Below are positions 19,432 to 28,116 of a DNA stretch of 64,000 nucleotides, in pieces. This stretch comes from a bacterium (lineage in GTDB: Bacteria > Patescibacteriota > JABMPQ01 > JAUVWW01). Both the position numbers and the translations under genes were made by a program. The stretch spans positions 21,991 to 85,990 of the forward strand of contig JAUVWW010000002.1 in assembly GCA_030603885.1 (NCBI GenBank), read 5' to 3'. The notes below the pieces were generated by a model. It was given only the letters and a program-made list of their open reading frames with translations, was not told the DNA's origin and ran no database searches. Each line of letters starts with the position of its first letter. Positions within the stretch are counted from its first letter, which is position 1.

Positions 19432-20559
19432 ATGCGCATCTGCTATGTTGCTACAACTGTTCATATCTCTCGTGGTTTAAAAGAGGCCATTGGGGCTACC
19501 ACCCATACCTATGCCGTAGCCAAAGAATTAGCCAAACTGGGGCATGAGGTTCATATTGTTTCAGAGAGATTTGAAGGAGATTTAGAATATGAAAAAATTG
19601 GTAAATTACATATCCATAGGCTTTTGCGAGGTATTGTTAGATCGTCAAGGCAAGTCAAAAAATCTAGATGGCGCAAGTTTTTAAAGATTTTAAAATTTAT
19701 CCCCAATTTTCTTTTGGGAATCAAAGTTTCTAGATTAGTTAGAAAATATAATTGTGATTTGATTTTAGAGAGAGCCCATTCTCTAGGAGTGGGAGCCGTA
19801 GCCTCTTTTTTATCTGCCAAGCCTTTGATTTTGGAGGTAATTGATTATATTTATTCCAAGTTTTCTGCATTGAGGGCTAAAAGCATTATTGCCTACACTA
19901 AAATCTTTTTTAGTCCTTGGATAAGAAAGAAAGTTTTTATTGTTGAAGCAGGATTTGATCCTGAAATATTCTATGCCAATGACTTGCCTTTAAAATACGA
20001 TGTTTGCTATGCAGGGTCTTTTAAAGAATGGGATGGATTAGAGGATCTAGTCAGGGCGGCTAGAAAGATATTAGCCAGATTTCCTGGGACAAAATTTATA
20101 CTGTTAGGCGGAGGAGTAAGAGAGAAGAAGGTTAAAGAGCTGATTCGATTTTATGGTTTGGAAAAAAGTTTTATTTTGACAGGACGCAAGCCATTAAAAA
20201 AGGTGGTGGATTATATTAATCAGTCAAAAATATGCATTGCTCCTTTTAATGTTACAAGGTCAAAAAAGGGAAGGTTTGCTAAATACGGCTATTATTTTTC
20301 ACCTTTAAAGATTTTTGAATATATGGCTTGTGGAAAGCCCATTGTAGCTACTAATTATCCCAAGATTAGATCATTAGTTTCTAAAAAATCAGGTTTGTTA
20401 TTTAAAGAAGGAAGTATTCCAGACTTGGCTTCCAAAATTTGCTGGCTTTTATCTAGACCGAAAAAAATAAAAGAGAAAGGAGAATATAATAAAAAATTAG
20501 CCCAAAAATACACTTGGGCGAGTGTGGTTAGGAAAATAAATGAGTTGATAGAGGAGTAG
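19432..20559 (+). CDS. glycosyltransferase family 4 (GT-B, group 1)
   Basis: C-terminal E..K.F.EYMACGKPIVATN is the GT4 donor-binding motif. Confidence 0.7.
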   Translation: MRICYVATTVHISRGLKEAIGATTHTYAVAKELAKLGHEVHIVSERFEGDLEYEKIGKLHIHRLLRGIVRSSRQVKKSRWRKFLKILKFIPNFLLGIKVSRLVRKYNCDLILERAHSLGVGAVASFLSAKPLILEVIDYIYSKFSALRAKSIIAYTKIFFSPWIRKKVFIVEAGFDPEIFYANDLPLKYDVCYAGSFKEWDGLEDLVRAARKILARFPGTKFILLGGGVREKKVKELIRFYGLEKSFILTGRKPLKKVVDYINQSKICIAPFNVTRSKKGRFAKYGYYFSPLKIFEYMACGKPIVATNYPKIRSLVSKKSGLLFKEGSIPDLASKICWLLSRPKKIKEKGEYNKKLAQKYTWASVVRKINELIEE

Positions 20560-20581
20560 ATTGTTTTGATTAAATTGTAGG

Positions 20582-20632
20582 TCAGGCAAAGCGCCTGATT
20601 TTTAATAAAAAAGTGCAGATTATTTCTGCACT
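20582..20632. terminator. two tandem hairpins (TCAGGC-aaagc-GCCTGA; GTGCAGA-ttattt-TCTGCAC) with flanking T/A runs; likely bidirectional terminator
   Basis: Seen in sequence after the GT4 stop. Confidence 0.45.
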
Positions 20633-20746
20633 TGTGACTTTAGTCTGGGGTTGCTGAACCGTTAAGTGATACCAAGCAAAGAATACAAGGAAACTAACCA
20701 CAGCTATTATTATAAAAATTAATGCCCATTTTTCATATTTGTCCAT
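20582..20746 (-). CDS. hypothetical small membrane protein (54 aa, one TM helix)
   Basis: A GGGAGG RBS 6 nt upstream of ATG at 20746. Translation MDKYEKWALIFIIIAVVSFLVFFAWYHLTVQQ... Its 3' end runs through the terminator hairpins, so it may be spurious. Confidence 0.25.
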   Translation of the reverse strand: MDKYEKWALIFIIIAVVSFLVFFAWYHLTVQQPQTKVTSAEIICTFLLKIRRFA

Positions 20747-20904
20747 TTTTGCCTCCCAAATCTAAATTTTGATAATGTGCAAGACTTTTTTAACCTTCAT
20801 TTTATTACATTCCTGTATATTTCTGCTGTCAATATAATTTGGGATAAAAAACCTTTAAATAAGCCAAAAAATTAAAAGAATTTCTAGAAAATTTTAGAAA
20901 ACCC

Positions 20905-20932
20905 TTGACAAGATTTTATAATTTGGTAATCT
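20905..20932 (+). promoter_or_regulatory. sigma70-like promoter (TTGACA-16-TAATCT), copy 1 of a duplicated promoter module
   Basis: Shares TTTAAATAAGCCAAAA and AAAACCCTTGACAA boxes with 22494-22574. Confidence 0.4.
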
Positions 20933-21156
20933 AAAGATAAGATTATGAATAGTCTTCCAATGCAAACTTGGTACAGATATGTTTATCCTCTCTAGGAGAG
21001 GTTGGTTTGGATTAGAAGATTATTTTTAAAGTTTTGTAAAACAATAAGACCGTCCAAAATCGACCTCTCAAATGAGAGGTTTTTGATTTAAGGACGGTTT
21101 TTATTTTAAACATGAAGAAAAAATTTAGGTATAGAGAAAAGCATTCTTTGAACAAT

Positions 21157-21235
21157 GGGCTTGTAGGCTAATGTTAAACTATCTCTTTCTAAAGAGTATT
21201 GGAGGTTCGAATCCTCCCGAGCCCTCTCATTAAAA
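21157..21235 (+). pseudogene. tRNA-like relic (intact 7-bp acceptor GGGCTTG/CGAGCCC and perfect T-arm GGAGG-TTCGAAT-CCTCC; D and anticodon arms do not fold)
   Basis: Manual folding. T-loop consensus present. I could not define an anticodon. Confidence 0.3.
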
Positions 21236-21255
21236 AATCAAAAAGGAGGTGTATT

Positions 21256-21633
21256 ATGTTGAAGAAAATGGTGCTTTGCTGCGGATTATTGATCATGGTT
21301 CTCATCTCTTGTAGTGATAGTGGTAATATCAATATCAACGGGATAAGGTGTATAAAAGGGGCAAACTCATTCTATAAAAATGGAAAACTAAAATATGCCA
21401 TCTTGTCAAAAGAGGACCAAGAAATTCAGGGAGTTATATGCAAGGGAAGAACTGAGGTTACTTTTTATAAAAACGGAAGATTGAAGATGGCCTATTTGGC
21501 AAGAAATCAAGAGATTCAAGGGATTTACTGTCATGGTTACGCTTGGGTTACTTTCTACAAAAATGGAAAACTAAAAACAAAAGATCAAAGATTCCAAGGA
21601 TTTTACTTTGTTCTAGGAACCTGGTGTTTTTAA
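21256..21633 (+). CDS. lipoprotein with MORN-variant (YwqK-like) repeats
   Basis: AGGAGG RBS. Signal peptide with lipobox (LIMVLISC|SDS). Three FYKNGKLK/FYKNGRLK repeats typical of MORN-variant repeat proteins. The ORF track start at 21199 overlaps the tRNA-like relic. Confidence 0.55.
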   Translation: MLKKMVLCCGLLIMVLISCSDSGNININGIRCIKGANSFYKNGKLKYAILSKEDQEIQGVICKGRTEVTFYKNGRLKMAYLARNQEIQGIYCHGYAWVTFYKNGKLKTKDQRFQGFYFVLGTWCF

Positions 21634-21822
21634 GGATGGCGCTTTAGATCTGGCGGAGATCAAGAAATTCGGGTAGCCTATGTGCGTTATTGTGTATTAT
21701 TTTCGTCGTGAATGTTTTTAGAAATCCTGGTTCCGGCTGCTGAAGCAGTTGGACATAGGGGCACAGTGCCGCCAGGAGAGAAATTCAAATTCCGTCAAAA
21801 AAAGACGGGAAAAGGAGGTATT

Positions 21823-22242
21823 ATGACTTTAGAAATTGCCTTAATGATGGCAGCAAGCACGGAAGGAGGTTGTGGGCCTTGTGCTGGTAGTGGTATAGCA
21901 AAAACAGAGAAGTTTGCATCAGAGGTTGAAGGGAAAGTTCGACATCTTCCACATATTATAGGAGTTCGACGAAATTGGAGATGTTTTACTGAGTACGGTA
22001 ACATTGAAATTTTTGTCTGGATAATTAACACAGACATTACGCGCTCTATGGATAAAGAAGAGACCGAAAAAATAATTGAAATGGTAGAGAAAATTTTGGA
22101 GGATTATGCTGATAGTAAGAATTATTTTATTAAAGGAATATGGGGTAACACAACAAGAGAAGATTTATGTAACATGAGAAGGGTATTATCTAGCCGTTTG
22201 TACCGTAGGCACGGAGATCCCCTTACACATGGCATATTCTGA
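21823..22242 (+). CDS. hypothetical protein with CGPC motif (GC-rich gene)
   Basis: AAAGGAGG RBS. MTLEIALMMAASTEGGCGPCAGSG... No family recognised. Its GC content is clearly above the surroundings. Confidence 0.45.
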   Translation: MTLEIALMMAASTEGGCGPCAGSGIAKTEKFASEVEGKVRHLPHIIGVRRNWRCFTEYGNIEIFVWIINTDITRSMDKEETEKIIEMVEKILEDYADSKNYFIKGIWGNTTREDLCNMRRVLSSRLYRRHGDPLTHGIF

Positions 22243-22251
22243 TTATTGGTA

Positions 22252-22291
22252 GCCGCAGATCCAGGGATGGATCTGCGGCTCATTTTAATTC
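22252..22291 (+). terminator. strong rho-independent terminator (12-bp perfect stem GCCGCAGATCCA/TGGATCTGCGGC, GGGA loop, T-run)
   Basis: Seen in sequence. Confidence 0.7.
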
Positions 22292-22545
22292 TAAATAACA
22301 AAAAACAGAAAGGAATTTATGAAAGAATTTTAGTACTGGTTTTGAGTGTACTTCTACTTAGTTGGAACTAGTTGTCAGTATTTCAGTATCCAGTAGGAGA
22401 AAAAATTAGAGTAGTTGTTTTAGTTGTTGATTTTGGTATTGGAGATTTATAAAGTGTTGCCTATACACCTTATCTTAGACAAGTAGTATAATGGTTTAAA
22501 TAAGCCAAAATTGTTTGACTTTTTTCAAAAATTGTATAAAAACCC

Positions 22546-22574
22546 TTGACAAAGGAATCTATCTGTATTAATAT
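22546..22574 (+). promoter_or_regulatory. sigma70-like promoter (TTGACA-17-TAATAT), copy 2 of the duplicated module
   Basis: Read directly. It lies 30 nt upstream of the yerC-like gene. Confidence 0.45.
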
Positions 22575-22604
22575 GTTAATGTGCTAATACAGTAATATAA
22601 ACTT

Positions 22605-22901
22605 ATGGTACAAGATTATAGATGGACTAGTCCAAAGACTACAGAGTTATTTAAAGCTATTTTGACCCTAAAAACAGTCAAAGAATGTGAAAGATTTTTT
22701 AGAGATCTTTTAACTCTGGAAGAGATCCGTGAATTCGTTGTTCGTTGGCAGATGGCACAAATGTTAGATAAGGGTATGTCGTATAGAGAAATAGCAGAAA
22801 AGATAAAGACATCGACCACTACAGTAGCTCGGGTAGCCCACTGGCTTCATTATGGCATGGGAGGGTATAGACTAGTTTTAGACAGATTAAAAAAGAAATA
22901 A
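22605..22901 (+). CDS. YerC/YecD family Trp-repressor-like DNA-binding protein
   Basis: ..ELFKAILTLKTVKECERFFRDLLT..E...QMAQML..GMSYREIAE....STTTVARVAHWL.YG..GYRLVLDRL matches the YerC/YecD family closely. Confidence 0.75.
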   Translation: MVQDYRWTSPKTTELFKAILTLKTVKECERFFRDLLTLEEIREFVVRWQMAQMLDKGMSYREIAEKIKTSTTTVARVAHWLHYGMGGYRLVLDRLKKK

Positions 22902-23144
22902 TCAATATGAACACATTACCCAAAAACATAGTTTCTCATCACCAAGTTAACTCTTCTTAGCGAGGGGTTAGTTTGGTTTGTATTTATATAAAAATAAACT
23001 AGCTCCTCGTTATGAGGAGTTTTTGGTTTGTTCTTTATATCCAAAAATTAAACAAGGAGGTGAATATGTAAAGAGAGATAATAGGTGGAGTTGTTTAGAG
23101 GTCTAAACTTTAGAATTCCTGCTTAGCAGGAAGGGGAGGTAAAA

Positions 23145-24287
23145 ATGAGAAGAGTTACCAATAATAAGGTTGTAAAAAAGATTTGTGGAGTAACAGGAGC
23201 TGGTAGAAAGGTTGGCGGTAATTTTCAGGGTGAGCTCTCTGAGGCATTTGTAGAGTACAAGCTGAGAAACAAAAAATTAGGAGAGAGGGAAAGGATTATA
23301 AAAGATTGGGAAAATATTTTCCAACCATGGCGGAAGATTGAACAAATCATCGTGCCTCATGTATCTGAGCTTTTTGATATAGTTTCGGAAGGAACGCCGC
23401 GCATATACAAAGGGGTGAGCTATAATCCCCTAATCCCAACTTTCGGCGAGAATACGAACATTTTAGATTTCTTTGCCTGGCTTGCTGGGGCCGATTTCAA
23501 AGGTGTAGTGTTGGATGCATCTCTCTATGCCGTTGTAAATGCAGCGCAGAAGATATTGGTTAACGAGTACAGCGAGAAAGCAGCGGTCCAAGCAGTGGAG
23601 TTTCTTTTATCCAGTATAAAAGAATACCCAGAAATCATATGTTCTGCGGAAACACGCGGGAAGTACCTGCGTGCCGTGGCTATTTCGCTTTTTAGTCCGA
23701 ACAGTCAGCCACTGGTAATCGACGCAGAGACAATGTGGCAAAGTAAACGCTATTTGGATTGCTTACAAGAAGCCATTTTATTCTGTGCAGGAAATCCAAA
23801 GATTGGAGACTCTCTTGAGATAAGGCGATACGCAAATTACACCCATTATAATACATCTTTCCAACGATGGTATAGCGTACTTGTGTTGGCAGAAGTGTAC
23901 TACCTCTACAAAGTCTATGGTGTAAAAGTAAAGCTTGGACCGACGACCGAATCCAACTTTGACAATTTGATTAGGGATTTTATGAAAAAGCTTGGAATTC
24001 GCTATGGCTTTATCTGGTATGACCGTGGCATCGAAAAACAAATTCCCTATTCTGAGATTGTTTTCTTTAGCGATGATAAAGACGCGGTAAAGAAAAAGAT
24101 GGAAAATAAAAAATTGAGAGAGTGGGTAAAAGAGATGCTTAGACCTTTTTCTTGTGGTATACAGTCAACTATAGAGAAACTATTTGACACCATACGCAAA
24201 GTAAACGAAACTGCTGAAAAAAATCCGCCGAAATTAAGTGTTGAGGGAGAATGGTTTCTTACTTTTCCTCCAGGTGCTTGTGACTAA
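23145..24287 (+). CDS. hypothetical protein (380 aa, GC-rich)
   Basis: GGGAGGT RBS. No recognisable domain. GC content higher than the genome background. Confidence 0.55.
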   Translation: MRRVTNNKVVKKICGVTGAGRKVGGNFQGELSEAFVEYKLRNKKLGERERIIKDWENIFQPWRKIEQIIVPHVSELFDIVSEGTPRIYKGVSYNPLIPTFGENTNILDFFAWLAGADFKGVVLDASLYAVVNAAQKILVNEYSEKAAVQAVEFLLSSIKEYPEIICSAETRGKYLRAVAISLFSPNSQPLVIDAETMWQSKRYLDCLQEAILFCAGNPKIGDSLEIRRYANYTHYNTSFQRWYSVLVLAEVYYLYKVYGVKVKLGPTTESNFDNLIRDFMKKLGIRYGFIWYDRGIEKQIPYSEIVFFSDDKDAVKKKMENKKLREWVKEMLRPFSCGIQSTIEKLFDTIRKVNETAEKNPPKLSVEGEWFLTFPPGACD

Positions 24288-24305
24288 AGATATTACTTCT
24301 GGATT

Positions 24306-24344
24306 CCTGCAAGTTTTAACAAGACTTGCAGGATTTTTATTTTG
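24306..24344 (+). terminator. rho-independent terminator (CCTGCAAG/CTTGCAGG stem + T-run)
   Basis: Seen in sequence. Confidence 0.5.
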
Positions 24345-24376
24345 CCAAAATGGTTAAATTGTTATATTGTTAAATT

Positions 24377-25999
24377 ATGATGATCAAAGATCAGATCGAA
24401 AAATTAGTCAAAAAAGCTATTCAATCAGCTCAGAGGAAGAAAGAACTGCCTAAATTTGAAATTCCAGAAATTGTGATTGAATACCCAAGAGAAAAGGCTT
24501 TTGGAGATTATTCAACAAACATTGCTATGCAGTTGGTTAAGAAAGCCAAAAAAAGTCCTTTAGGTATAGCCAATTTATTAGTTACAAAGTTGGTAAGTTA
24601 TAAAGTTACTAAGGAATTATTTGATAAGGTTGAAGCAGTCAAACCAGGTTTTATTAATTTCGTTCTTAGTCCAAAGTTTTTAGTTGAGCAAACCAAAGAG
24701 ATTATTAAGCAAGAAGAAAAATTCGGTAAAAGCAAAATTGGTAAAGGCAAAAAAGTCCAAGTCGAATTTATTTCTGCCAATCCCACTGGGCCCCTAACCA
24801 TAGGTAATGGCAGAGGAGCCTTTTTTGGAGATACTTTAACTTCAGTTTTAGAAAAATCAGGCTATAAAGTAGAGCGAGAATTTTATTGGAATGATGCTAA
24901 AGCTTCGACTCAAATTAGGCAATTAGGAGAATCAGTTAAGGGTTTAGCCCAAGTTTACGGTGGTGACTACATCAAAGAATTGCCAAAAAAGATAAAGAAA
25001 AAATACAAAAAGGATGTCAAAAGTTTATCCGCTGAAGAAGCTGGTTTTTATGCTGCTAAAATTATAGAAAAGGAGGTTGAGGATTTCATCAAGAAAAAGC
25101 TCAAAATTAAATTTGATGTCTGGTTTTCCGAACAATCACTTTATGATAAAAATAAGATAGACAAAGTTATAGCCGTTCTCAAAAGAAAGAAGTTAGCCTA
25201 TTACAAAGAAGGAGCTTTATGGTTTAAGTCTACCAAATTTAAAGATGACAAAGATAGGGTTATAGTTCGATCAGATGGAACCCCTACTTATTGTCTACCA
25301 GACATGGCCTATCACAAAGATAAATTTGAACGAGGGTTTGATAAGGTAATTGATATCTGGGGAGCAGATCATGCTGGAGATGTAAAAAGAGTTCTTGGCG
25401 GTATTGAGGCTTTAGGTTACGGTAATAAATTAAAAATACTAATTCACCAGATGGTTCGGCTAATAAAGGGCGGCAAAGAAGTAAGAATGTCTAAACGGGC
25501 TGGAATTTATGTGACTTTAGAAGAGTTAGTAGATGAGGTTGGCCTGGATGTAGCTAGATTTTTCTTTTTGATGAATAGCTTAGATACCCACATGGATTTT
25601 GATTTAGATCTGGCTAAAGAAAGATCGGAAAAAAATCCAGTGTTTTATGTTCAATATGCACACGCTCGTATTTCTAGTATTTTAAGAAAAGCCAAGAGCC
25701 TCAAACCACAAGCCAAGAACTTAGAATTATTGAATCATCAGGCAGAGTTGAATTTAATCCGTCAGCTAATTAAATTCCCAGAAATTATCGAGGATACAGC
25801 TAGAGATTATGAAGTGCATAGACTTCCATATTATGCTATGCAATTGGCTACAACTTTTCATGACTTTTATGAAAAATGTAGGGTAATTTCGGATGACAAA
25901 GAGCTGAGCCAGGCTCGCTTAGCTTTAGTTAATGCCACAAAGATAGTTTTAGAGAATGTTTTGGGAGTGATGGGAATAAGTGCTCCAGAGAGAATGTAG
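24377..25999 (+). CDS. argS: arginine--tRNA ligase
   Basis: The ArgRS N-terminal add-1 domain, ..FISANPTGPL.IG.GRGA.. and C-terminal DALR anticodon-binding domain ending ..ERM. The HIGH motif reads TIGN and the KMSKS region reads RMSKRAG. Confidence 0.85.
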   Translation: MMIKDQIEKLVKKAIQSAQRKKELPKFEIPEIVIEYPREKAFGDYSTNIAMQLVKKAKKSPLGIANLLVTKLVSYKVTKELFDKVEAVKPGFINFVLSPKFLVEQTKEIIKQEEKFGKSKIGKGKKVQVEFISANPTGPLTIGNGRGAFFGDTLTSVLEKSGYKVEREFYWNDAKASTQIRQLGESVKGLAQVYGGDYIKELPKKIKKKYKKDVKSLSAEEAGFYAAKIIEKEVEDFIKKKLKIKFDVWFSEQSLYDKNKIDKVIAVLKRKKLAYYKEGALWFKSTKFKDDKDRVIVRSDGTPTYCLPDMAYHKDKFERGFDKVIDIWGADHAGDVKRVLGGIEALGYGNKLKILIHQMVRLIKGGKEVRMSKRAGIYVTLEELVDEVGLDVARFFFLMNSLDTHMDFDLDLAKERSEKNPVFYVQYAHARISSILRKAKSLKPQAKNLELLNHQAELNLIRQLIKFPEIIEDTARDYEVHRLPYYAMQLATTFHDFYEKCRVISDDKELSQARLALVNATKIVLENVLGVMGISAPERM

Positions 26000-26076
26000 G
26001 CAGCATCTTGCTTTATTTAAGCCAAAATTTGGCTAGAATTTTTCTGTAAACTCTCCTAGAAGCTCACGCGAGTGAG

Positions 26077-26109
26077 GGCGGCCAATTATCGGCCGCTCTT
26101 TTCTTTTTG
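26077..26109 (+). terminator. rho-independent terminator (GGCGGCC/GGCCGCT stem + T-run)
   Basis: Seen in sequence after argS. Confidence 0.45.
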
Positions 26110-26142
26110 GTTGACAGATTAAAATTATGTTACAATAGAAAT

Positions 26143-26826
26143 ATGAAGAGAAAGCCAAAAATTATTGTCTGGAATGTTACCTCTAAATGTAATCTGGCCT
26201 GTGAATATTGCTTTAGACCTACTAGAATTAAAGAACCTTCTACTCAAAAAGCTCTGGATAAGATTGAGCAATTTAGAAAACAAGGGGGTACCTCTTTAGT
26301 TTTCACTGGCGGGGAGCCGCTTTTAAGACAAGATATTGTTAAATTGATTGAATTTGCTAAAGAGCAAGGACTTTATACTATTCTTCATACCAATGGACTC
26401 TTGCTTAGAGAAGATTTATTTGATAAAATGGAGAGAAACTTAGATCAGATTAATTTGCCTTTGGATGGCTATAATGAAGAAACTAATCGAATTTTTAGAG
26501 GCAAAGGGCACTTTAGACAAGTCATGCAATCTCTTTCCTGGTTGAAAAATAAAGATATTCGCGTTATAATATCTACGTGCCTAACTAGTATAAATAAGGA
26601 TTATATAACCAAGATAGCTAGAGTAATTCCTCAATTTATCTATAAATGGCGTATCTTCCAGTTTTCACCTCAAGGAAAGGCAAAAGAATTTATAGACAAA
26701 TTTTACCTTTCTGATAAAGAATTTGCTATAATAAGAGAGAAGATAGAAAAAATGGATTTACCTTTTAAAATGCAAGTGATAGGAATTAAAGATAGAAAAT
26801 TTCATGAATCATACTATGTTGTTTAA
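26143..26826 (+). CDS. radical SAM domain protein
   Basis: CNLACEYC (CxxxCxxC) near the N-terminus and the glycine-rich SAM motif FTGGEPLL. Specific function not assignable. Confidence 0.6.
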   Translation: MKRKPKIIVWNVTSKCNLACEYCFRPTRIKEPSTQKALDKIEQFRKQGGTSLVFTGGEPLLRQDIVKLIEFAKEQGLYTILHTNGLLLREDLFDKMERNLDQINLPLDGYNEETNRIFRGKGHFRQVMQSLSWLKNKDIRVIISTCLTSINKDYITKIARVIPQFIYKWRIFQFSPQGKAKEFIDKFYLSDKEFAIIREKIEKMDLPFKMQVIGIKDRKFHESYYVV

Positions 26827-26840
26827 TAAGTTCTAAATCT

Positions 26841-28010
26841 ATGCGCATAGGTATTGATTGTCGAACAATTTTAGATCCAGCAAAACCAGAGGCAAGAGCT
26901 GGGGTGGCTCATTATACTTATCATTTGGTAGATAATTTGCTTAAACTAGATAACAAAAACGAATATTATTTGTTTTTTGATAAAAAGGCAAAGGATATTG
27001 ACTATTTTAGAAGAGATAATTCTACCATTAAATATTTCCCCTTTTTACAATATAAGAAATTTCTTCCCTTTGCTTACTCCCATCTCTTGGTGGCTGCTTT
27101 TTTAGGAAGACAATGGCTGGATGTTTATCACTCACCCGCTTACACTATTCCTTTAGCTTACTCAAAATCAGCCGTGGTTACTGTTCATGATTTGGCTATC
27201 TATCATCAAGCAGAGTGGTTTCCTAGAAGACAAAAATTCGCCACTAAAGTTTCTGTTCCTACTAGTGTCAAAAAGGCAAAAAAAATTATAGCCGTCTCAA
27301 AATCTACAAAGAAAGATATAACCAAGTTTTTAAAAATCCCTGCCTCTAAAGTTGAAGTAATTTATGAAGGAGTGGATAAAAGAGTAAAAAAGAATCTAAA
27401 GGTGAGAAAGAAATATAATATTAAGAAAAAGTTCATCTTATTTATTGGAACTTTGGAGCCTAGAAAAAACATCATTGGATTAGTTAAAGCCTTTAACAAG
27501 CTAAGGAAGACTAGTGTATACAAAAATTATCAGTTAGTCATTGCCGGAGCCAAAGGATGGTTATTTAAAGATATATTTAAGACAGTCAAAGATTTAAAAC
27601 TCTCAAGAAAAGTGATATTTTGTGACTACGTACCCCAGGAAGATAAGATAGGACTTTTAGACGCGGCTGATCTATTTATTCTTCCTTCGTATTATGAGGG
27701 ATTTGGTTTACCTATTCTAGAAGCCATGCGTCAAGGAACACCGGTGATCTGCTCTAACATTACCTCAATGCCTGAGGTAGCAGGTCAAGCCGCAGTCTTA
27801 ATTGATCCACATAAAATAAAGGATCTCAGTCAAGCAATACGCAAGATATTGACAGATAAAAAATTATATAACGAGCTCATTACAGTGGGATTTAAGCAGG
27901 CTGAGAAATTTTCTTGGGAGAAATGTGCTAGGGAAACTCTAGAAGTTTATGAGAGGGTAGCCAAGATGAGTCCCAAGCCTCGAAAGCGCCGAGCTAGGAA
28001 AAAGGTATAA
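26841..28010 (+). CDS. glycosyltransferase family 4
   Basis: GT-B fold motifs: E.G.G...A..G..A.L.DPHK, EGFGLPILEAM. Confidence 0.75.
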   Translation: MRIGIDCRTILDPAKPEARAGVAHYTYHLVDNLLKLDNKNEYYLFFDKKAKDIDYFRRDNSTIKYFPFLQYKKFLPFAYSHLLVAAFLGRQWLDVYHSPAYTIPLAYSKSAVVTVHDLAIYHQAEWFPRRQKFATKVSVPTSVKKAKKIIAVSKSTKKDITKFLKIPASKVEVIYEGVDKRVKKNLKVRKKYNIKKKFILFIGTLEPRKNIIGLVKAFNKLRKTSVYKNYQLVIAGAKGWLFKDIFKTVKDLKLSRKVIFCDYVPQEDKIGLLDAADLFILPSYYEGFGLPILEAMRQGTPVICSNITSMPEVAGQAAVLIDPHKIKDLSQAIRKILTDKKLYNELITVGFKQAEKFSWEKCARETLEVYERVAKMSPKPRKRRARKKV

Positions 28011-28116
28011 GATAATAAGCTACGAGTTTACTCTTGTCTAAACCCCATTATATGGGAGTAGACAAGAGTGTTTTTTATTAGTAGAATAGAATTATGTAAT
28101 TAACTTTAATTAAACT

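Noticed and set aside
26111-26136. TTGACA ... TACAAT promoter upstream of the radical SAM gene
   Set aside because: The spacer is only 14 nt, too short for a standard sigma70 promoter. Not called.
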